In this document: positions 45,578 to 53,658 of the stretch, piece by piece
Layout: every line of letters begins with the position of its first letter
Numbering within the stretch: the stretch's first letter is position 1
DNA from: an uncultured Chloroflexota bacterium
Lineage (GTDB): Bacteria; Chloroflexota; UBA11872
Direction of reading: 5' to 3'
DNA length: 64,000 nucleotides
Assembly: GCA_964422795.1 (NCBI GenBank)
Contig: CAYRCL010000055.1
Coordinates: forward strand, 71,130 to 135,129
Position numbers and translations under genes: made by a program
The notes under the pieces: model-generated
Told to the model about the DNA's origin: nothing
What the model saw: the letters and a program-made list of their open reading frames with translations, nothing else
Database searches by the model: none

Positions 45578-47026
45578 TTGATGTCGTCTGATGTGCAACT
45601 AGCGCAGCTTTCAATGACGGATCTAGCGTCGCTTATTGCTGATGGCGAAGTGAGTCCTGTCGAAGTCACCAGGAACGCGGTCGATCGGCTTGAACGCTAT
45701 GGAGATTTTCTGGGTGTCACGACGTCAATTCTGGCTGACAGGGCACTAGCTGACGCCCGGAGGGCTGAACGAGAGATCCGTGCGGGTAACTATCGTGGTG
45801 TATTGCATGGCGTGCCAATCGGGATCAAGGACTTAGCTGATGTCGAAGGGGCTGTAACGACCGCAGGTTCGACCGTGTTTGGAGACGTTCCTGCTGTTGC
45901 TGACGCCGCGCTTGTGCGGGCGTTGAAACAATCGGGTGCGGTGATTGTGTGCAAATTGAATTGTGATGAATTTGCTTACCACCCGACCGGTGCTACGTCC
46001 CAGTATGGTGCTTCCCGCAATCCATGGAATCGGGACATTGTGTCCGGCGGCTCGAGTGGAGGTACTGGAGCGGCGGTCGCGGCTGGACTGATCTACGCCG
46101 GTCTTGGCACTGATACCGGGGGGTCAATTCGACTGCCTTCAGCACTCTGTGGGTTGGTTGGTATCAAACCGACATATGGCAGGGTTAGTTTGGAAGGTGT
46201 TCGCTTGCTTAGTCAAAGCTTCGATACTCCCGGACCAATGGCGCGCAACACACGGGATGCCGCAGTGATGCTGCAGGCGATGGCCGATCCGCTAACTGAG
46301 ACGGTTGTTCACGAAGCCAACCGGATGGCACATCTCACGGGGGAGATTGATGCAGGTCTCGAAGGTTTACGAGTGGGCGTTCCCTCGAACTATTTTTTTG
46401 ATGGGCTTGATTCAGAGATCGAAACCATCGTACGGGCGGCGGTCGATGCGCTTGTGATGTTGGGAGGTGAGCAGGTGCAGGTTGAGTTGCCGTCAGTGGA
46501 ATCCCTAGCTGCCGCGCAACTTGGGATTTTGACGCTTGAGGCGTATCACAACGTGGTCGAGGCGACGGGTGGTGAGATCACACGGGTTAACCCGACATTG
46601 CAGGCGCGCTTGCAGACTGGGATGGATGAGGCTATGCGACCCGGGGAGACAATGGCGGTGGCGTTGGGCCGGTTGCGAGGTGAGCGCGATGATGCCCTCG
46701 CTAGTTACCGGCGTGCGACGGGCGATGTCGATATTCTTGCTGCTCCCGTTCTACAGAGGTGTCCGCCACGGATCGAGTCGGCGACGAGTGACTACCAATG
46801 GATGCCAAGATTGACTCGGCCGTTCAATGGTTCCCATCAACCTGTTGTGAGTGTGCCTTGTGGTTGGACTGACGATGGCATCCCCGTCGGAATGCAAATT
46901 GTGGCTATGAAGTATCGCGAGCGGACCGCTTTACGTGTAGCGTACGCTTACGAACAGTCGGAGTATGCCCCAGAACGTCGCTGGCCTGAACTCGCTAATT
47001 TGAGCTCGAACGAAGGGGTTGATTAA
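45578..47026 (+). CDS. Amidase (amidase-signature family; GatA-like)
   Basis: GGSSGGTGAAVAAG amidase signature, with catalytic Ser/Lys context. Confidence 0.85.
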   Translation: MMSSDVQLAQLSMTDLASLIADGEVSPVEVTRNAVDRLERYGDFLGVTTSILADRALADARRAEREIRAGNYRGVLHGVPIGIKDLADVEGAVTTAGSTVFGDVPAVADAALVRALKQSGAVIVCKLNCDEFAYHPTGATSQYGASRNPWNRDIVSGGSSGGTGAAVAAGLIYAGLGTDTGGSIRLPSALCGLVGIKPTYGRVSLEGVRLLSQSFDTPGPMARNTRDAAVMLQAMADPLTETVVHEANRMAHLTGEIDAGLEGLRVGVPSNYFFDGLDSEIETIVRAAVDALVMLGGEQVQVELPSVESLAAAQLGILTLEAYHNVVEATGGEITRVNPTLQARLQTGMDEAMRPGETMAVALGRLRGERDDALASYRRATGDVDILAAPVLQRCPPRIESATSDYQWMPRLTRPFNGSHQPVVSVPCGWTDDGIPVGMQIVAMKYRERTALRVAYAYEQSEYAPERRWPELANLSSNEGVD

Positions 47027-47274
47027 CCGATAACGGACACGGGATCTTTTCGTCGAAGGAAGTGTTAGTGCGTGCTGCTTGAGGCTCTATACGAAGGTCT
47101 AAATGGGGGCTCTTCACCTAGAGGGAATTGACTAGATTGGATTTGGTGAAAACCAGAATTGTGTGGGTGCAGAGTCGTCTGACTTGGTCGAGTGTTGGTG
47201 GTCGCGAAAGGGGCTCTGTCGGCTGGAGTAGGCAGCCTGCGTCTGAGGGGGCGAGGCCTGTAGATTCTTTGCTG

Positions 47275-48270
47275 CTATGGGATTGGCAGTGCTTCGATTG
47301 AATCGATCACGTCAGTTGCGTCCGTCCAGCCTAACTCGATAGTTCGGGTGCGAACGTCTTCCTGGAACGGTAGGCCAAGTAAAGGCCCGGGCTGTTCGAC
47401 CTTGAGGCCAGCGACCACTGTTCCAAGTCGTGCTGCAGTTGCTGGAGAGCTTCCAAGCATGGTGGCGGTGGCGAACCCACCAGCGAAGGCATCGCCAGCG
47501 CCACGGAGGCCTTCAAGATTGCGTGCAACTGGTTTGATTGATAGCGAATCGTCTTTCCAGGCAACGTACGCTCCGCGTTCGGCTAGTGATATTGCTGCAA
47601 CGCGTGCTCCCATCTCGAGAGCCAGGTCAGCGATTGTGGCGGGATCATCATTGCCGAAGACGTGTGCTCCTTCTTCGTCACCGGCGAAGAAGATGGACAC
47701 GAAAGGCATCACATCTTCGGCCGCGTGACGCGCTGCCTCTGGCTGCCAGAGCTGCGCACGATAGTTCAGATCGAACGAGACCTCTGCTTGGGCAGTGCGT
47801 CCACGCTCAGCAAGCCTGCGAGTCGCTGAGCATGAGGAATCGGATATTGCTTGGGAAATTCCACTCAGATGCACCATAGTGGTTGTGTCTAGATCTACAC
47901 CGTCGATGTCCTTAGGACTCACGGTTGAGGCTGCACTACCCTTCCGGTAGTACCACGTGTCGTAACTCCCGCTATTGCCATGCTCACTGACATAGATTCC
48001 AGTCGGACCCCCTCCGCGTATTACGTGCTGTAGATCTATTCCGAGTTTCGACCACTCGTCGACCAGATAGTCTCCAAATGGGTCACATCCGACGCGTGTG
48101 ATGATGGCGCTGGGCAAACCAAGCCGTCGTACGGCGGTCGCGATATTTAGAACATCGCCCGAGTAGGTCCGTTCAAGTTGTACGGACTGGGCGAGCGGTG
48201 ATGATCCCCATAACTCAACCATGACTTCCCCGAGACTTAAGAAATGAGGCTGTGCACGTCCAGATGCCAT
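47275..48270 (-). CDS. PfkB-family sugar kinase (KdgK/ribokinase-like)
   Basis: GAGDAFAGGF C-terminal signature, and N-terminal LSLGEVMVEL. Confidence 0.8.
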   Translation of the reverse strand: MASGRAQPHFLSLGEVMVELWGSSPLAQSVQLERTYSGDVLNIATAVRRLGLPSAIITRVGCDPFGDYLVDEWSKLGIDLQHVIRGGGPTGIYVSEHGNSGSYDTWYYRKGSAASTVSPKDIDGVDLDTTTMVHLSGISQAISDSSCSATRRLAERGRTAQAEVSFDLNYRAQLWQPEAARHAAEDVMPFVSIFFAGDEEGAHVFGNDDPATIADLALEMGARVAAISLAERGAYVAWKDDSLSIKPVARNLEGLRGAGDAFAGGFATATMLGSSPATAARLGTVVAGLKVEQPGPLLGLPFQEDVRTRTIELGWTDATDVIDSIEALPIP

Positions 48271-48273
48271 ATC

Positions 48274-48825
48274 TCAGATCTGTCCACCGACACTACGAGC
48301 GATCCGACGAATCTGGAGCATTGCACCCGTTTGTTTTGCTTGAGAACGAGTTGCCGCGCGCTGAAATTCGAGATTGGCATCGAGTAGGCGCCCATCTTCA
48401 ATCATCATTATTACGCGGTCTAGAGCTGCGACTAGATCCTTAAGGCCGTTAACGAAGTCCCGATGATGGCGGTGTACACCAGCCGGAGGTGTGATCTTTG
48501 CGAGTTCTTCTACCAAGGCAGAGTTCGATTCGCGCAGTTTTCGATAGATGTTGACATACGCAGATTCTTCACGAGATCCGCTGGCAATCAAGGCATTGAA
48601 TTGGGATCCGAGACTTGCGTCCTGGTCCGCCGTCGTCCGACGCAGTGTGTCCAGGGCGGTTGTATAGACGTTGATGTCGGCACGATTGATAGTGTCACAC
48701 GCCATCATTAGGAGTCCGGAACCGAGCACTGAGATTGCTGCAATCAACACGCTGCGTCGACCATCGGGCGGGATCGGTATGTCAAGCAAACCGGAGCGAT
48801 GCTCCCAGCTGTCGGAGCAGCGCAA
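48274..48825 (-). CDS. Hypothetical secreted protein or lipoprotein
   Basis: Signal-like RRSVLIAAISVLGSGLLMMAC. Overlaps the nadX 3' end by 44 bp, so the true start may lie downstream. Confidence 0.45.
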   Translation of the reverse strand: MRCSDSWEHRSGLLDIPIPPDGRRSVLIAAISVLGSGLLMMACDTINRADINVYTTALDTLRRTTADQDASLGSQFNALIASGSREESAYVNIYRKLRESNSALVEELAKITPPAGVHRHHRDFVNGLKDLVAALDRVIMMIEDGRLLDANLEFQRAATRSQAKQTGAMLQIRRIARSVGGQI

Positions 48826-49618
48826 TCACACTCTGTGACGCCAGAGCGCTTGTCTTAGGGTTTGCCGCGTTAGGCTTGTTCTGTAGCCGAATGTACATAT
48901 TCCCGAAAGTTCCGTTTACCTCGACTTCATGAGTGTTGTCGGAGGCATCTGGATCCGCCACGATCGTGACACGAATACGGTTCGTATCTTCTGCGGCAAG
49001 TACTAGGAGTGCTGCGACATTCACATTTTGTGGGAAACCACGGACAGCTGTTGCCGCGTCTCCTGAAAATAGCTCCTGACGTTTCTTCAGCCCAGCGAGG
49101 TTGATCTGGTTCTTGACCACATAGGGCGCTCCGGTGAAGGCCTGAGGCGGTTTGGTAGTCGTCAATTTGATCGCATGGACAGCGTTGACGTTGGCAGCAC
49201 GTACGACGTCAAGGCCGCCCAGCGCCCCGGAAGGAAACCAGACGCGAGATCCGGATTTGTGCGCTGAAGACACGAGGGACGCCATGAATTCGGAGTCAAG
49301 GGTTGCGCCGGCGCTGAGTGCGACGAGATCGACACCCTGCTCAAGCACTCGTGGCCCAATCGACTTCAGCGCAGTCTGTGATGCAGCTTCAAGCACCACG
49401 TCAGTGCTGTCCCAGTCCAAGTCCGTCAACTCATCGTGGACGGGAAGACCAGTCGCTACTATCTGTTCACGATTGGGGCTGACGGTTGGTTCGATTACTC
49501 CAGTGAGGACAACTCCAGGCACTTTGTTTTGCAGGATTGCGTGAGCCACGTCAATGCCGATGGAACCGAGTCCACAGATCACCAGTCGTAGATCAAAGCG
49601 ACCCTGTGTTGTCTTCAC
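48782..49618 (-). CDS. nadX: L-aspartate dehydrogenase
   Basis: Matches Thermotoga-type AspDH motifs (FPSGALGGLD; KPP; NVNVAALLVLA; VTIVADP; NPKTS). Confidence 0.8.
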   Translation of the reverse strand: MKTTQGRFDLRLVICGLGSIGIDVAHAILQNKVPGVVLTGVIEPTVSPNREQIVATGLPVHDELTDLDWDSTDVVLEAASQTALKSIGPRVLEQGVDLVALSAGATLDSEFMASLVSSAHKSGSRVWFPSGALGGLDVVRAANVNAVHAIKLTTTKPPQAFTGAPYVVKNQINLAGLKKRQELFSGDAATAVRGFPQNVNVAALLVLAAEDTNRIRVTIVADPDASDNTHEVEVNGTFGNMYIRLQNKPNAANPKTSALASQSVIALLRQLGASLRFA

Positions 49619-49626
49619 AGCGTTGG

Positions 49627-51048
49627 TCAGGTCCCGCTGCTCGATCTGGGTAAATGGAGTGGGGCGTTAATTGCTTGCCATGCCGCCTCGGCGGTGGCTT
49701 CAGCAAAGGTGGGGTGAGCGTGAATGGTTTCACGGAGATCATCGAGCGTGGCTTCAAGCCGCATGGCTAGAACCCCTTCGCTGATGATGTCGCTAGCCCC
49801 GGGTCCGATCACATGCATACCAAGGATTTCGCCGTGGCGATGGCCGGCGATGATCTTGACGAATCCGTCGGTGTCACCATAAGCACGTGCGCGGCCGAGG
49901 GCTTGAAACGGAAAAACACCTACACGGATGTCGTTGTGCTCGGATCGGGCTGCTTCTTCGGTCAAGCCAACGCTTGCAATTTCGGGGTGTGTGAAGGTGC
50001 ACGCGGGCACGGTGCTAGCGTCGTAGACGCTTGGATGCCCAAGCGCATGTTCTGCTGCGACGACACCCTGATGGGATGCTACGTGGGCGAGCAGCTTATC
50101 TCCAGTGACGTCGCCAATAGCATAAATACCTGGAACATTGGTCTGCATATGGTGGTTCACGGCGATTCCACTCGGAGTGAAGTTGACGCTGGCAGATTCG
50201 AGTCCATTGTCCATCACATTTGGGTGACGTCCGGTTGCCAGCAGAACGTGGGAGGCTGTTACCGATGTCGTGGTTTCATCGGCGATTAGTCCGACAGTAA
50301 GTTGGGAGTTCTGTTGTTCAATGGCCGAAATCCGTGTAGCCGTATGAATCTTCACGCCTTGCTGTGTAAGGACCTTCCGCATTGCTGCGCTAACGTCCGA
50401 ATCTTCATTGGGCACGACCCGGGGCAACATCTCGACAAGGGTTACTTGACCTCCGAGTAGCGCGAATAAAGTTGCCCACTCCACGCCCACGGCACCAGCG
50501 CCAGCTACGATTACATGCTCAGGCAGCGTTTGAAGCTTCAGAGCTCCATTACTGTCGATAACACCTGGCAACTCAGCACCTGGAATTGGTGGTACAGAGG
50601 CGGATGATCCAGTGGCGACAATGATTTTGTCCGCCGTGATGAGCTCAGTTCGATCAGATAGAGGAACTTCGATCGTGCTGGGACCCACTAGTCGCCCTCG
50701 GCCCGCGATCACAGGAATATTGGAGGCCTTCAGGAGGTTGTGGATTCCACGAACCAGTTGTCCGACCACTCGATCTTTGCGTTTTGCCATTGCAGCGTAG
50801 TCAGCTTCAAAGTCAGTAACGTTGACGCCGTACGCTGCGGCATGTCCGACGAGCTGGTAGACCTCCGCGCTCCGTAGCAGAGCTTTGGTGGGGATGCAGC
50901 CATGGTTAAGGCATACACCGCCGACGCTCTCAGCTTCGAGGAGGACGACTTTTGCCCCCAGCGATGCCGCGCGGAGAGCGGCGACGTATCCCCCAGGACC
51001 ACCACCTAGGACACAGACATCCGCACTAACAGGCATGACTTTCTCCAA
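49627..51048 (-). CDS. lpdA: Dihydrolipoyl dehydrogenase
   Basis: GGGPGGYVAA FAD motif, redox-active CLNHGCIPTK, and NAD-binding and dimerisation domains. Confidence 0.9.
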   Translation of the reverse strand: MEKVMPVSADVCVLGGGPGGYVAALRAASLGAKVVLLEAESVGGVCLNHGCIPTKALLRSAEVYQLVGHAAAYGVNVTDFEADYAAMAKRKDRVVGQLVRGIHNLLKASNIPVIAGRGRLVGPSTIEVPLSDRTELITADKIIVATGSSASVPPIPGAELPGVIDSNGALKLQTLPEHVIVAGAGAVGVEWATLFALLGGQVTLVEMLPRVVPNEDSDVSAAMRKVLTQQGVKIHTATRISAIEQQNSQLTVGLIADETTTSVTASHVLLATGRHPNVMDNGLESASVNFTPSGIAVNHHMQTNVPGIYAIGDVTGDKLLAHVASHQGVVAAEHALGHPSVYDASTVPACTFTHPEIASVGLTEEAARSEHNDIRVGVFPFQALGRARAYGDTDGFVKIIAGHRHGEILGMHVIGPGASDIISEGVLAMRLEATLDDLRETIHAHPTFAEATAEAAWQAINAPLHLPRSSSGT

Positions 51049-51101
51049 TTGTGAGCGTGAGCGTATTGTAGGTTTGCTGCTGCTTAGTCTCCCTGATCCT
51101 C

Positions 51102-51845
51102 TCAGACTTCGTAGTTGGGCGGAATTCGTCCCGCATCAAAGACGCGCAGAGCAGCATCAACATGGCGATGGCCACGATGTAGCGAGATTCCTCCGTGTCC
51201 GGGAAACAAGGCATCAAAATCGAGTTTGCTTAGTCGGTGCATGGAAGTGATGAGTGCCTGAATTGAGCAATCGGGCGTAGCCAGGAGGAGGATCTTTCCA
51301 TTCTGGAAGACTATATCTCCTCCAAACAGTCCCGATTCGTTGTCGTCGTCTAGGAGAAACGAGACATGAACGGCGGCGTGCCCGCTGGTAGCAATAGTTT
51401 CGAGGCGAGAGTCACCAATCTGGATAATGTCGCCATCGGTGAGTGATTTCGTTTCAGCGCATGGTTTTAGACGATAATCGGCGGGGTACGTTCCTCCGGC
51501 TCGGGCTCTCGGTAATGAGATCGCAGTTTCGTCTGCTTGGACGAGCCAAGTCGCGGAGGGGCCAGGGGCGAGCACTTCGGCTCCAGTGACCTCTTGTAAC
51601 GATGCTGCGCCGCCAGCATGGTCGGCATGCGCGTGGGTTAAGACGATTTTATCGACGTTGTTGGGATCAAAGCCGGCTTCGTTAATGTTCTTAAGGATCA
51701 AATCCGGTTGAATACCCGCGCCAGCATCAATAAGACCCAGCGAATGGCCGCCATCTATGAGGTAGACATGGCAGTCGTAGGAATTTGAGATATCAGCTCC
51801 GGATCGACCGCTGCCCACTAGGTGAACGCGATCAGTTAGGTGCAT
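51102..51845 (-). CDS. MBL-fold metallo-hydrolase
   Basis: THAHADHAGG (HxHxDH) motif. Confidence 0.8.
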   Translation of the reverse strand: MHLTDRVHLVGSGRSGADISNSYDCHVYLIDGGHSLGLIDAGAGIQPDLILKNINEAGFDPNNVDKIVLTHAHADHAGGAASLQEVTGAEVLAPGPSATWLVQADETAISLPRARAGGTYPADYRLKPCAETKSLTDGDIIQIGDSRLETIATSGHAAVHVSFLLDDDNESGLFGGDIVFQNGKILLLATPDCSIQALITSMHRLSKLDFDALFPGHGGISLHRGHRHVDAALRVFDAGRIPPNYEV

Positions 51846-53002
51846 TAGGACACGATCTCAGCGTATTGGCGACAGATATCTTGATAGATGTTGACGGCCT
51901 GCTCGAGTTGGTCGAGTGCGATCCATTCGTTAGAGGTGTGCGCTTGGGCGATGTTCCCTGGGCCTAGGACTACAGCGGGAATGCCCCCGATTCCACTGAG
52001 CATGGCGGCATCAGTCGCATACGCGACAGCTTCTGGGATGGATGGGATCCCGATTGCTGCCACGGATCGCTGGGCTGCTTGGACGATTGGTTGACTGGCA
52101 GCGGTGTGGATTGCGGGAAGATCGACAAACGGTTGGTCGTGTTCGACTCGAAGATCTGGATAGGAACCTCGCAGTTCACGTAATACGGCATCGACGTGCT
52201 GTATTACATCATTCGCGGTTTCGCCTGGAATAAGTCGTCGGTCAATCTCAATTTCGCATACATCCGGAACAACATTGACAGCAGATCCGCCTTGGATCGT
52301 GCCAATGTTCCATGTGGCATTGCCCAATACGGGATGTGAATGAGTTGTGAGCTCAGGTTCGATCCCCGCCGCGAGGCCTTCAATTACTCGGGCCATGTCT
52401 CGAACGGCGTTTTGCCCAAGTTCTGGGGTGGCGCTGTGGGCAGCGATTCCATGAGTCCGAACTCGCCAACGGACTACACCCTTCTGGGCGGTCACAATAC
52501 GGAGCTGTGTGGGTTCACCGACGATGACTGCATCAACCGCGAGATTTTTCTGTGCCAGGGCCCGTGACCCGCTCATCTCGATTTCTTCGTCGACCGATCC
52601 TGCCAGGCAGAGATCGACAGGGAATAGTGGATCCGAAGCTGCTATTTGGAGAAGGTGCAGCATGGCGGCCATTGATCCCTTGGGGTCGGCTGATCCACGC
52701 CCGAAAAGTCGGCCGTCCGTTACACGAGGATTGAGCGCATCGGGCATCGGATCGAGTCCGACCGTATCGAGGTGACACTCGAAAAGTAAGGTTGGTCGTC
52801 CATCTCCACGCTTAATCCAGGCGAGTATGTTGGGCCGGCCTGGTGCAATTTCTTCGAATTCGATGTCAGCGCCTATCGCACGTGCAAAGTCGGCGACGTG
52901 ATGTGCCAGCTCTGCCTCGCCAGGACCTCCATCGAGATGACTGTTTACGCTATTGATTGCGACGAGATTAGCGAGTGTGTCGACTATGGATGTAGTGATA
53001 GA
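51845..53002 (-). CDS. M20-family metallopeptidase/deacylase (ArgE/DapE/CPG2-like) lacking a canonical start codon at its conserved N-terminus
   Basis: Downstream part GRGSADPKG, ...VGEP. Upstream of the first ATG (52747) the frame stays open and encodes a typical M20 N-terminus (LVAINSVNSHLDGGPGEAELAHHVA...LLFECHLDTVG) back to an in-frame TGA at 53003-53005, with no ATG/GTG/TTG. Confidence 0.6.
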   Translation of the reverse strand, partial: SITTSIVDTLANLVAINSVNSHLDGGPGEAELAHHVADFARAIGADIEFEEIAPGRPNILAWIKRGDGRPTLLFECHLDTVGLDPMPDALNPRVTDGRLFGRGSADPKGSMAAMLHLLQIAASDPLFPVDLCLAGSVDEEIEMSGSRALAQKNLAVDAVIVGEPTQLRIVTAQKGVVRWRVRTHGIAAHSATPELGQNAVRDMARVIEGLAAGIEPELTTHSHPVLGNATWNIGTIQGGSAVNVVPDVCEIEIDRRLIPGETANDVIQHVDAVLRELRGSYPDLRVEHDQPFVDLPAIHTAASQPIVQAAQRSVAAIGIPSIPEAVAYATDAAMLSGIGGIPAVVLGPGNIAQAHTSNEWIALDQLEQAVNIYQDICRQYAEIVS

Positions 53003-53198
53003 TCAAGCCCTGTGCGGTTTGCTGCAGTATAGGTTGGTTGGTTACTGGCAATTGTGTATGTAGATGTTACGGGTTCGAGTTGGTTGCTGAGGACACGGTG
53101 ATGGAATGAACCCTATTCTCAGATGCTTGGCCGCTTGCACGGTCCTTTAAGAGCACAGCGGTACCATACAAAAAGCGAACACATGCTACGCTTGACGT

Positions 53199-53408
53199 AT
53201 GAATGAATGTGGTGCGAGGAAGTCGCAAAATCTGTATCCACAATATGGGTCAGTGTGTGGGCGAGTGGATTGGCTTTTATTGTTCGGTGTGAAGGATCGT
53301 GACAGGCTTAGCGTAGCTGGGTCTCGATGTCCGGAATGTGGCACAGCGCTGCAGCGACACGGTCGTTGTTGGAGTTGTCCGGGATGCGGTTGGGGAGGCT
53401 GTAGCTAG
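53199..53408 (+). CDS. Possible small zinc-ribbon protein
   Basis: RCPECG...CWSCPGCG double CxxC. No convincing SD. Low confidence. Confidence 0.25.
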   Translation: MNECGARKSQNLYPQYGSVCGRVDWLLLFGVKDRDRLSVAGSRCPECGTALQRHGRCWSCPGCGWGGCS

Positions 53409-53658
53409 GCTACGGTAACGTTTTGCTTTCGTGCTTGGGGAATGTTGGAGTGAGATCCCTTCGATAGGACACGAGGACATTTGTTGATGTTGACTCGCGA
53501 CAAAGGTCGTGTTGTGAATAAGCGATGAGAATGTTCCAGTTGATCAGGCAATAGCAGTCTGTGAATTCCTCTCAACTGGTGGTGACTCATTTTCGACATG
53601 AACCCCAGCTCCTCACGGAGAGGATTAAATTGAGATTTAGGGCGAATTACGCCTGGGT

